From a virus: a DNA stretch of 64,000 bases. The notes below the pieces were generated by a model. That model ran no database searches, was not told the DNA's origin, and worked only from the letters and a program-made list of their open reading frames with translations. The DNA lies in IMG/VR virus record IMGVR_UViG_3300022752_000020, positions 64,001 to 128,000 of that record, one strand, 5' to 3'. The translations under genes were made by a program, and so were the position numbers. Numbering within the stretch: position 1 is the stretch's first letter; the number at the start of each line of letters is the position of its first letter. Below, piece by piece: positions 37,394-46,801 of the stretch.

Positions 37394-38422
37394 ATGAGTC
37401 TAATTTCAAATATTGCCAGTGCTGCTGTGGGTGCTGCTGTAGGTAACCTAGCTAGTGGGTTAGCAGGTGGCCTAGCTGGTGCAGCAAATAGTCTTGTAGG
37501 TGGCCTAGCTGGTGCAGGTAATAACTTAATGAGTGCTCTAAGAAGTAAAAATATACCCATTAATGCAGAAAATTTTATTCCCAAGGAAGTTACAACAGCG
37601 CAAATTGGTTCAGATGGCGATCCAAAAGATTGGAGAGTCCGTCTTAGTTTTCCCTCCAGTGTGGCTCCATATCAAGACTCTCCATTATTTACTCCTTTAC
37701 GAGAGGCTGGCGGCTTAATTTTTCCCTACACTCCAACAATAAGTATCAGTAGTCAAGCTAACTACACTGAGACTCCTATAACACATAATAATTTCCATTT
37801 TACAAGTTTTTCCAGTAGTCGTGTTAGTGAAATCAGTATCAGTGGTGATTTTTATGTTGAGGATGCTGTTCAAGGACAGTATTGGTTAGCATGTATACAT
37901 TTTTTGCGTAGTGTAACTAAAATGTTCACCGGTGGTGTTGGCCTAAGTGGCAATCCTCCTGTTATTTTATATTTTAACGCCTATGGAGATTATGTATTCA
38001 AAGATGTTCCTGTGGTAGTAAGAAGCTTTAGCATGACCTTGCCCAAAGAAGTAGATTATATAACTACCAACATGACAAATCCCAAGCAGGGATCAGCAGG
38101 TGGTTTTGCTGATCCTACCAGCAGTTTAGCAGATACAGCCAGTCAAATGGCAGGGTTGGCCAGTGCATTTGGAGCTACTAAGGCTGCTAATGCTCTAAGA
38201 ACAGTCAGCAATGTGTCAAATGTCCTAGGCGGATTAACCAGTCTAGCAAATAAAACACTAGCACCCAGTAACGAAGGTAAAGCCGGTGCAGATGATAGCC
38301 ATGTGCCAACTCAAAGTAGTTTAAATATAAGTCTTATACCCATTTACAGTAGAAATAGAATTAGAAAATTCAACTTAGAAGATTTTATCAAAGGAACATA
38401 TGTAAAGGATGGGTTCATTTAA
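37394..38422 (+). CDS. Baseplate tail-tube initiator/cap (gp48/gp54-like)
   Basis: GLIFPYTPTISI, ISISGDF, HFLRSVTKMF, PPVILYFNAYG..VFKDVPVVVRSFS tube-fold motifs; ATG at 37394 preferred over the track start at 37376. Confidence 0.7.
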   Translation: MSLISNIASAAVGAAVGNLASGLAGGLAGAANSLVGGLAGAGNNLMSALRSKNIPINAENFIPKEVTTAQIGSDGDPKDWRVRLSFPSSVAPYQDSPLFTPLREAGGLIFPYTPTISISSQANYTETPITHNNFHFTSFSSSRVSEISISGDFYVEDAVQGQYWLACIHFLRSVTKMFTGGVGLSGNPPVILYFNAYGDYVFKDVPVVVRSFSMTLPKEVDYITTNMTNPKQGSAGGFADPTSSLADTASQMAGLASAFGATKAANALRTVSNVSNVLGGLTSLANKTLAPSNEGKAGADDSHVPTQSSLNISLIPIYSRNRIRKFNLEDFIKGTYVKDGFI

Positions 38423-38724
38423 TGGTAGCGAAATATAATTCAACTAGTCCTTGGCAAAATACCAAGATAACAAAAAATTATTTAGATATATTGACCATTA
38501 GGCCTGTAAGTGCTGAAAGTGATGATTTTCTTTATACTATAGAAAGTCAATATGCTCTAAGACCAGATCTATTGGCCTACGATCTATATGGTAGTCATAA
38601 TCTATGGTGGGTGTTTACACAGCGTAATTTAGACGTACTACAAGATCCTATATTTGATTTTGTTCCAGGAGTACAAATATACCTACCAAAAAAGAGTAGT
38701 TTATTTAAGGTGTTAGGAAACTGA
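38422..38724 (+). CDS. gp53: Baseplate wedge protein (LysM-like)
   Basis: RPDLLAYDLYGSHNLWWVF motif. Confidence 0.85.
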   Translation: MVAKYNSTSPWQNTKITKNYLDILTIRPVSAESDDFLYTIESQYALRPDLLAYDLYGSHNLWWVFTQRNLDVLQDPIFDFVPGVQIYLPKKSSLFKVLGN

Positions 38725-38725
38725 T

Positions 38726-41245
38726 ATGAGCATTTTAAAAAATGCTGTAAAGGCTACTATAGCTACAGCAGCAGTAGGTGCAGTGGCTAACCAACTTAAA
38801 AATGTAAATCCTGTAAGTGATTTAAAAAATGCTGTATCTACGCTATCAGGTGGTTTAGATAAACTAAAAGCAGGACTAAGTCTTGATGCTAGTCAATTAG
38901 TAAACAAAATAGCAGGGCAAGTACCAACAGCATTTGATGTAGGTGAAGTTGGCGGGTTCTTCAAAGTCCCAACTCGTAAAATTAGTATTGATCTCAAAAA
39001 CGAAAATATTGTAGAAACAAATATTAAAAAACTACCTTTGTCTAATGTATTACGAAACTATGCCAGTGTTAACTATGTTTGGACTCTAAGTGTACTCAGT
39101 CCTTTTGCCTGTAATTTTCCAGATGAAACTTATAAAAAAGGTGAGTTAGGTGATATTATTCTTCGCAGTGGTGGTGGAGATCCAGAAAATAGAGTAAGTT
39201 TAAAAAACTATGGTTATACAGGTGAAGCTAGAATGGATCATAATCCTGATGGTAAATTTGATTTTTATATAGACAACCTTAAAATTCAAAGTGTTATAGG
39301 TTTAGATCAAAATACCAAAAATACAAATGCTAGTACTCTACAATTCAAAGTATTTGAACCCTACAGTATAGGATTATTTTTTCAAAGTTTACAAATGGCA
39401 GCTGCTAATAATGGTTATGAAAACTGGATCATTATGCCTGTGCTACTTACTTTAGAGTTTAAAGGGCATTATGGTCCAGATCAACAAATGGTGGACAGTG
39501 CCGTAACTAAAAGACATTTTCCAATCAAAATTACCAATATAGATTTAAGAGTTACAGATAAAGGTAGTGAATATGAATGTCAAGCTGTGGCATGGAATGA
39601 CGAAGCATATAGCGACACCATAAGTAGAACAAGAGTTGATCTACAATTGCAAGGAAAAACTGTACAGGAAATGTTGCAAAGTGGTCCCTACAGTGTACAA
39701 AGTATTGTTAATGATCAATTATTAGAACAAGCTATAAAAAATAAAGTTCCTATAGCAGATCGTATTGTTATATTATTTCCTACAGATACCAGTAGTAAAA
39801 GGAATAGTGATACCACAGACGATACTAGTAGTCCAAAAAGTGCCACTGCCAATCCAAATGTTAAAAAACAAAATGTATTCAAAAAACTAGGATTAGAAAT
39901 AGCCAACGATGGATACAACTATGTGCAGAAAGACAATGTAAACAATGTTGGAACAGCTTCAATGGGATTTACTGATCGTAAAAAAGCAGAGGGTGTATTT
40001 GGTAAGGACGGTGCAATTTGGGACGAAAAGAAGCAAGTATTTACAAGAGGTAAAATCGAATTAAGTACTACCACTGGCAAAGCAGAATTTAAACAAGGTA
40101 GTATGATACCTAACATAATCATTGAAATAATAACCAGCAGTAATTATGGAATTGAAGCATTGCAACCTAGTAATATTGTAAAAGGTAAAGTTAATTGGTT
40201 CAAAATAGACAGCCAAAGCTATATAATAGATACTGATGCCAACATACCAAAAACAGGACGTATGCCCATGGTCACAGTATTTAGAATTATACCTTTTCAG
40301 GTTGATAAGTCTAGATTTCAGAGTGCTGGAGCTGCTCCAGAACATGCCCCAGAAGTGGTCAAAACCAGCCTAAAACAATATGATTATTATTACACAGGAG
40401 AAAATACAGAAATTTTAGATTTTCAAGTTAAATTTGCCACTACATTTTATAAAGCTACCACTGCTGATAGTGGTATTAATAACGAAGATGCTAGACAACG
40501 TGATAAAAATGCACCAGTAGCCACACCCACTAGTCCAGTGATCACTAATGGTAAGGTTACCAATTTTAGACGTAAAGAAGATGGTAGTATATACGATGCA
40601 ACTGATGAATATAAACAAGGCAAACATGGCAATACAAATATAGGTGACGCTGCTACTAAGGTATTAGTACAAGCAGATCAGTTAAAACCTAAGCGTAATG
40701 GGGGAGGAGTGACTGTACAGGATACAGGTACATTGATAGCTAAACAATTCAATGATGCTATAAACAGTGCTGGTGATATGATCACTGTTAATATGAAAAT
40801 TCTAGGAGATCCATTCTTTTTAGGTGATAGTGGATTTGGAAATTATACTGCTCAAGGTACTGAAAATCCTGCCATCACCGCCGACGGTACTATAAATCAA
40901 CAACGTGGTGAAGTTTTTATAACAGTAAATTTTAAAAATCCTACAGATATCAATGGTAATTTATACAAATTTCCTGGGCCTAATACAGTTAATACAATAA
41001 GTGGTTTATATAGAGTGAATACATTAGAAAGTTATTTTGACAGAGGCATGTTTACACAGAATTTAGATTTATGTAGAATGCCAAATCTAGACAGTGCCCC
41101 AACTGATGCTGCATTAGGTGAATTAGGTATAAACACTGCCCTACAAAGCCAAACAGTGTCACCAGCAGCACCTGATATATTGACTGGCCCGCCACCTCCT
41201 TCTGACGCTGATCTAACAGTTTATCCAGATGACGGAGTTATCTAA
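38726..41245 (+). CDS. Baseplate hub protein (gp27-like position)
   Basis: Lies between gp53 and gp5; C-terminal MKILGDP...SGLYRVNTLESYFDRGMFTQNLDL hub-type ending. Confidence 0.65.
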   Translation: MSILKNAVKATIATAAVGAVANQLKNVNPVSDLKNAVSTLSGGLDKLKAGLSLDASQLVNKIAGQVPTAFDVGEVGGFFKVPTRKISIDLKNENIVETNIKKLPLSNVLRNYASVNYVWTLSVLSPFACNFPDETYKKGELGDIILRSGGGDPENRVSLKNYGYTGEARMDHNPDGKFDFYIDNLKIQSVIGLDQNTKNTNASTLQFKVFEPYSIGLFFQSLQMAAANNGYENWIIMPVLLTLEFKGHYGPDQQMVDSAVTKRHFPIKITNIDLRVTDKGSEYECQAVAWNDEAYSDTISRTRVDLQLQGKTVQEMLQSGPYSVQSIVNDQLLEQAIKNKVPIADRIVILFPTDTSSKRNSDTTDDTSSPKSATANPNVKKQNVFKKLGLEIANDGYNYVQKDNVNNVGTASMGFTDRKKAEGVFGKDGAIWDEKKQVFTRGKIELSTTTGKAEFKQGSMIPNIIIEIITSSNYGIEALQPSNIVKGKVNWFKIDSQSYIIDTDANIPKTGRMPMVTVFRIIPFQVDKSRFQSAGAAPEHAPEVVKTSLKQYDYYYTGENTEILDFQVKFATTFYKATTADSGINNEDARQRDKNAPVATPTSPVITNGKVTNFRRKEDGSIYDATDEYKQGKHGNTNIGDAATKVLVQADQLKPKRNGGGVTVQDTGTLIAKQFNDAINSAGDMITVNMKILGDPFFLGDSGFGNYTAQGTENPAITADGTINQQRGEVFITVNFKNPTDINGNLYKFPGPNTVNTISGLYRVNTLESYFDRGMFTQNLDLCRMPNLDSAPTDAALGELGINTALQSQTVSPAAPDILTGPPPPSDADLTVYPDDGVI

Positions 41246-42888
41246 TGCCTGAAATTAATAGATCAACTCTTGAAGGTGAAGGTACTAGTAAAGAAGATGG
41301 ACTGATATTGGCCATTGTGGTCAGTCATTTAGATCCTGATTATATGGGTAGCCTGCAAGTGGAAAAATTACGACAAGTTGGAAATGATCGTAAAAGAACA
41401 GGACAACTGGCCACTGTAAAATATGTAAGTCCATTCATAGGTGTTACCAGTGCAGAATTTAATAGTAAAGTAAATGATTACAATGGAACTCAAAAAAGTT
41501 ATGGATTTTGGGCCATACCACCAGATGTAGGTACCACAGTGGTCTGTTTCTTTGTAGATGGTGATCCAGCTAGGGGATATTATATAGGTAGCATACAGGA
41601 TAAAGACATGAATTTTATGATACCTGGCTATGCTGCTACTAGTTTTAATCAAGATGGGGAAGAAGAACGTGTACCTGTAGCTGAATACAATAAAAAAGCT
41701 GACTTACCAATTAAAAAAGATACTACCAGAATTGAAAAACCACAGCATCCATTTACCACAGTACTAAAAGATCAAGGTTTACTACGTGATGATGTAAGAG
41801 GCATAACCACTAGTAGTGCTCGTAGAGAATGGCCCAGTGCTGTATTAGGTATTAGTACACCAGGACCTATAGACAAAGATGGCCCAAAAGGAAAAGTAGG
41901 TAAACACGAAGACGAAGTTAGTAAAATGCCTATAAGTAGGTTAGGCGGTAGTAGTTTTGTTATGGATGATGGAGATGACAAATTTCTACGTAGAAAAAAC
42001 GCCAGTGAAGGTCCACCTGATTATGCTGCTGTAGAGGATGATGAATTAGATGGTGATAAAAAAATATTACACAATGAACTCATACGCATACGTACACGCA
42101 CTGGACATCAAATATTATTACACAATAGTGAAGACCTTATCTATATAGGAAATGCACGTGGTACAGCATGGATAGAATTAAGCAGTGATGGAAAGATGGA
42201 TATATTCACTGAAGACAGTGTAAACGTACATGCTAAAAACGACTTTAATCTATATGCTGACCGAGATATAAACATGGAAGCAGGACGTAACTTTAACATT
42301 AAAGTAAAAGAAGAAATGCATACACATGTTTTAAAAGATAGTATCTTAATTGTAGAAGAAAATCAAAAAATACACATCAAAAAAGATGTTGATATAACCT
42401 ATGATATGACATTTCAACATAAGGTCAAACAAGATGTAAACATTCAATTTGACACTAACTACCTACACAAAGTTGGCAGTAACTATGACTTCAATGCAGG
42501 TGGACATATCTATATGACTAGTGGTGGCAGTAATGAAACACAAGCTGGAGGAAATATTATAGAAACAGCACCACAGATTCATATGAACGGGCCAAGGGCG
42601 GCCACCGCTGCCATAGCCAGTCAAGCAGAATTACCTCAAATATTAAAAACTCATAGTGTCCCAGATCAAGAAGGTAGTGAATTATTTCAAACTATTATGC
42701 GTAGAGTACCTATTAAGGAACCTTGGTGTCACCATGAAAATTTGGATCCTGTAGAATTCAAGCCAGATAAAACAGATCGTGATATAGATGGTAGATATGA
42801 AGGTAATAGCGAAAGTATACTAAAAGTTCCTGATTTTTTCAAACAGTACACTACAAAGTATGATACTTTTAATAAGGTCAAAACATAA
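41245..42888 (+). CDS. gp5: Baseplate central spike
   Basis: OB-fold DPDYMGSLQV...SYGFWAIPPDVGTTVVCFF, RIRTRTGHQILL and VgrG-like beta-helix repeats; no lysozyme domain seen. Confidence 0.85.
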   Translation: MPEINRSTLEGEGTSKEDGLILAIVVSHLDPDYMGSLQVEKLRQVGNDRKRTGQLATVKYVSPFIGVTSAEFNSKVNDYNGTQKSYGFWAIPPDVGTTVVCFFVDGDPARGYYIGSIQDKDMNFMIPGYAATSFNQDGEEERVPVAEYNKKADLPIKKDTTRIEKPQHPFTTVLKDQGLLRDDVRGITTSSARREWPSAVLGISTPGPIDKDGPKGKVGKHEDEVSKMPISRLGGSSFVMDDGDDKFLRRKNASEGPPDYAAVEDDELDGDKKILHNELIRIRTRTGHQILLHNSEDLIYIGNARGTAWIELSSDGKMDIFTEDSVNVHAKNDFNLYADRDINMEAGRNFNIKVKEEMHTHVLKDSILIVEENQKIHIKKDVDITYDMTFQHKVKQDVNIQFDTNYLHKVGSNYDFNAGGHIYMTSGGSNETQAGGNIIETAPQIHMNGPRAATAAIASQAELPQILKTHSVPDQEGSELFQTIMRRVPIKEPWCHHENLDPVEFKPDKTDRDIDGRYEGNSESILKVPDFFKQYTTKYDTFNKVKT

Positions 42889-43328
42889 TGAGCATACAAA
42901 GACTATATGAAAATACAGTGGTTAAAGGTGATAATAGGGGATCAAAGCCACCCTTACCTAGAACTTATAGGGGGTTTAGCACAGTGAGCCCAGATAGTGA
43001 AAACTTTAGCCTTTATGATTTAAGCCTGATAAAACAAGATTTACTCAATCATTTTCATATTAGACAAGGTGAGAAATTAAATGATCCTACTTTTGGTACT
43101 ATAATATGGGATTTAATTTTTGAACCTTTGACACAAGATGTAAAACAATTGGTATTAGATAATGTAACAGCTATAATAAATTACGATCCAAGGGTACAAG
43201 CTAATAGTATCATTGTAAGCAGTTATCAAACAGGTATACAAATCGAATGCGAATTGACCTATTTGCCCTATAATGTCAGTGAAAAAATACGGTTTAGATT
43301 TGATCAAAGTTTGGGTTTGATAGGTTAA
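42888..43328 (+). CDS. gp25: Baseplate wedge subunit / sheath initiator
   Basis: LIKQDLLNHFHIRQGEK..PTFGTIIWDLIFEP..YDPRV. Confidence 0.92.
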   Translation: MSIQRLYENTVVKGDNRGSKPPLPRTYRGFSTVSPDSENFSLYDLSLIKQDLLNHFHIRQGEKLNDPTFGTIIWDLIFEPLTQDVKQLVLDNVTAIINYDPRVQANSIIVSSYQTGIQIECELTYLPYNVSEKIRFRFDQSLGLIG

Positions 43329-43334
43329 TAAATA
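43329..43334 (+). promoter_or_regulatory. Late promoter (TAAATA) upstream of gp6
   Basis: AATAAATAAG followed by AAGGA SD and ATG at 43352. Confidence 0.5.
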
Positions 43335-43351
43335 AGAAATAAGGAAGTTTT

Positions 43352-46300
43352 ATGTCATCCACTGATAGACAAAATAGATTGCTTGTAGCCGAAGATTGGA
43401 AGAGGATCTATCAAAGTTTCAAAAACGCTGATTTTACCAGCTATGATTTTGAAAATTTGCGTAGAGTAATGATAAACTATCTTCGTGAAAACTATCCTGA
43501 AGATTTTAATGACTATATTGAAAGCAGTGAATATCTAGCACTCATAGACATGATTGCTTTTTTAGGTCAAAGTTTTGCCTTTCGTGTGGACCTAAATGCT
43601 CGTGAAAACTTTCTAGAACTAGCAGAACGTAGAGAAAGTATATTAAGATTAGCACGTACTCTAAGTTATAATGCTAAACGTAATAAACCAGCTACTGGTT
43701 TACTAAAATGGGAAAGTATTAGTACCACTGAAGATGTTATAGATAGTAATGGACGTAACATCAGTAATCAAGAAATTGCTTGGAATGATCCTAGTAACGC
43801 TAATTGGTTAGATCAGTTTATTAGAATAATTAATGCGGCATTGCCTATGACTGCACAATTTGGTAGCCCAGACTCATCAGAAAAAATATTCAATATACCT
43901 ACTGAACAATATAGATTGCAAACTGTAGGAACAAGCGTGCCTGTATATGCTTTTACCAAGGCAGTTGACGGTCGTAATATGAATTTTGAACTAGTAAGTA
44001 CAGTGATCAAAGATAATAATATCGAAGAAGAACCACCATTAGCTGGACGTAGACTAAGTTTTATATACCGAGATGATGGTAAAGGTGCAGCCAGCAACAG
44101 TAACGGTTTCTTTTTATTGTTCAAACAAGGTGGATTGAATACGGGTACATTTACATTAAGTGAACCAACAACTAATGAAATAGTAGATATTGATGCAACT
44201 AATATAAATGATAGTGATGTATGGTTATACAAACTCAATGCCAACGGTAGTGAAAGCGAATACTGGGACAAAGTTACAAACTTTGAAGCTAATAATATTA
44301 TCTATAACAGTGTAAAAAAGAATATAAAAAATATCTATAATATTATTACTAGAACTAATGATAGAATAAGTTTAGTTTTTAGTGATGGCGTATTCGGTAA
44401 TCTTCCATTAGGTACTTTTAGAATATATTATAGAACTAGTAATGGTGTAAGCTATACAATTAATCCAAAAGATATGCGTAGTGTCAGTGTAGATGTAAGT
44501 TATCTATCAAATACAGGGCAATTAGAAGTATTAAGCATAGCGATGAGTCTACAAACCAGTGTATCTAACAGCAGTCCTAGCGAAAGTGATGATGAAATTA
44601 AGGCTAAGGCTCCTGCTACATACTATACTCAAAATAGAATGATCACAGCGGAGGATTATAATATTAGTCCTCTAAGTGTAGATCAAGATGTTTTAAAAAT
44701 TAAAGCTGTTAATAGATCAAGTAGTGGTATCAGTAGATATTTTGATCTTATAGATCCAACAGGCAAATACAGTAGTACTGATTTATTCAGTGATGATGGT
44801 ATAATTTATAGAGAAGAATATGAAGACAGTTTTAGATTTACCTATAAAAATCGTGTAGATATACAGGCTGTAATTATAAATCAAGTGTTACCTTATCTAA
44901 GTAAAATCAGCATTCGTAATTATTATTATCAAAAATTTGGTAGAATTGTTTTAGATTTAAGTGCTGAATCACGCATCATATGGCAGCAAAATACTGAAGG
45001 TACAAATTATAGCACAGGTAAATTTAAAAATAATGATCAAGTTATACTTGGATATAATTCAAATAATACATTTAAAAGTTTAGAGTCAGGTGCTTTATTA
45101 AAATTTGTTGCTCCTGATAATTATGCTTTTTTACGCTCAGAAAATAATAGATTAGTAAATTCAAACTTACCTAACACTACCAAATACATTTGGGCTAAAC
45201 TAGTAACTATAACCAATGATGGGTTAGTTGAAAGTTTAGATGATGGTAGCGGACCTATCACATTAAATGAAAAAATTCCTAATAATGCCATAATCACTGA
45301 AATTATACCAAAATGGACTATAACATTAGATGACGTCACAGTAACATTAATGAATGATTTAATATTCAATAATAGAGACTTTGGTCTACGTTATGATTTA
45401 GATACAAAAACTTGGCAATTAATATTTGATACTAACTTAAATCTTGTAGATCCCTTCAATATAGGAAGAACTGGAGATATTAGCAATCAAAAATTAGATA
45501 GTAGTTGGTTATTGAGTTTTACTACAGATACAGAAAAATATACTGTACTCAGTCGTAACCTAAGTTACATATTTGAAAGTGATAAAAAAATTAGATTTTA
45601 TTATGATAAAACTAACAAAGTTTTTGACACTAAAACTAATAAAATTATAAAAGATAAAATTAGTATTTTAAACATTAATACTATTCCAGATTCGCCTTAT
45701 ACACCTTTAAATTATTCAATAGATTGGGAAATAATAAATGAATTTATTGGTAATGATGGATACATCGACACCAAGAAAATTGAAATTACCTTTAAAGACT
45801 CCAATGATGATGGTGTTGTAGATGATCCAGATATTTTTAACTTAGTTGTAAGTCCTAGTACTACTGATCTTTATAAATTTGTTGTGCTTAAAAAGTATGA
45901 AACAAGTACAGGACAAATAGATTACGCTTGGATTGAAAATATAGGTTCTGACGGAAATATATTAATTCATATAGCTAATACTTTTACTAATATTCCATCT
46001 AATTATTTTATAGATAAAAAATATGTTTATGTCTATGATACAGATACATTATTTCAATATGACATGCTTTTAAATAAATTTGTAGTAAGTTTGGACTATA
46101 AAGTATACCAAGGACGTAAAGGTCTTAAATTCCATTATATACACAGTGCTGATTATGAAGCCAGAATTGATCCAGGTTATAGCAATTTTATGGATCTATA
46201 TGTTTTAACCAAACAATATGATATTAGTTTTAGACAATGGCTATTAGGTAGTATAGATCAAGAGCCCATGCCGCCTAGTACAGATCAATTGGCTATAACA

Positions 46301-46801
46301 TTAGGTAGTAAATTGGAACAAATTAAGGCAATGAGTGATGAAATTATATATCATCCTATTAGATATAAAATATTGTTTGGAGCAAAGGCTATATCAAATC
46401 TAAGAGCCAGTTTTAAATTAGTCAAAAACCAAGAACAAATTATCAGTGACAATGATCTTAAATCTAGGGTATTAAACAGCATAAATGAATTTTTTAGTTT
46501 AGAGAATTGGGATTTTGGTGATAGTTTCTATTTCAGTGAATTAGTTGCTTATATAATGAATAGAACAGCACCTTTTTTGGTAAACATTGTAATTGTACCA
46601 AGACAAGAGAATTTAACTTTTGGTAGTTTGTTTGAAATTAAAGCTGAAAATGATCAAATTTTCATAAGTGGTGCTACCAGTGAGGATTTAGAGATAATAG
46701 ATAGTATTACAACAAGTAGCCTTAATGCCACAGGGCTTATCAGTACTAATAATACTGTATTAAGTCAGCAATTTATTGAAAGCAGAGTGAGAGATAATTA
46801 A
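43352..46801 (+). CDS. gp6: Baseplate wedge subunit
   Basis: YDFENLR, FNDYIESSE, ENFLELAERRESILRLARTLSY, FSDGVFG, QNRMITAEDY. Confidence 0.92.
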   Translation: MSSTDRQNRLLVAEDWKRIYQSFKNADFTSYDFENLRRVMINYLRENYPEDFNDYIESSEYLALIDMIAFLGQSFAFRVDLNARENFLELAERRESILRLARTLSYNAKRNKPATGLLKWESISTTEDVIDSNGRNISNQEIAWNDPSNANWLDQFIRIINAALPMTAQFGSPDSSEKIFNIPTEQYRLQTVGTSVPVYAFTKAVDGRNMNFELVSTVIKDNNIEEEPPLAGRRLSFIYRDDGKGAASNSNGFFLLFKQGGLNTGTFTLSEPTTNEIVDIDATNINDSDVWLYKLNANGSESEYWDKVTNFEANNIIYNSVKKNIKNIYNIITRTNDRISLVFSDGVFGNLPLGTFRIYYRTSNGVSYTINPKDMRSVSVDVSYLSNTGQLEVLSIAMSLQTSVSNSSPSESDDEIKAKAPATYYTQNRMITAEDYNISPLSVDQDVLKIKAVNRSSSGISRYFDLIDPTGKYSSTDLFSDDGIIYREEYEDSFRFTYKNRVDIQAVIINQVLPYLSKISIRNYYYQKFGRIVLDLSAESRIIWQQNTEGTNYSTGKFKNNDQVILGYNSNNTFKSLESGALLKFVAPDNYAFLRSENNRLVNSNLPNTTKYIWAKLVTITNDGLVESLDDGSGPITLNEKIPNNAIITEIIPKWTITLDDVTVTLMNDLIFNNRDFGLRYDLDTKTWQLIFDTNLNLVDPFNIGRTGDISNQKLDSSWLLSFTTDTEKYTVLSRNLSYIFESDKKIRFYYDKTNKVFDTKTNKIIKDKISILNINTIPDSPYTPLNYSIDWEIINEFIGNDGYIDTKKIEITFKDSNDDGVVDDPDIFNLVVSPSTTDLYKFVVLKKYETSTGQIDYAWIENIGSDGNILIHIANTFTNIPSNYFIDKKYVYVYDTDTLFQYDMLLNKFVVSLDYKVYQGRKGLKFHYIHSADYEARIDPGYSNFMDLYVLTKQYDISFRQWLLGSIDQEPMPPSTDQLAITLGSKLEQIKAMSDEIIYHPIRYKILFGAKAISNLRASFKLVKNQEQIISDNDLKSRVLNSINEFFSLENWDFGDSFYFSELVAYIMNRTAPFLVNIVIVPRQENLTFGSLFEIKAENDQIFISGATSEDLEIIDSITTSSLNATGLISTNNTVLSQQFIESRVRDN

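Noticed and set aside
37440-37520. Direct repeat GGTGGCCTAGCTGGTGCA
   Set aside because: Simply encodes the GGLAGA low-complexity N-terminus.
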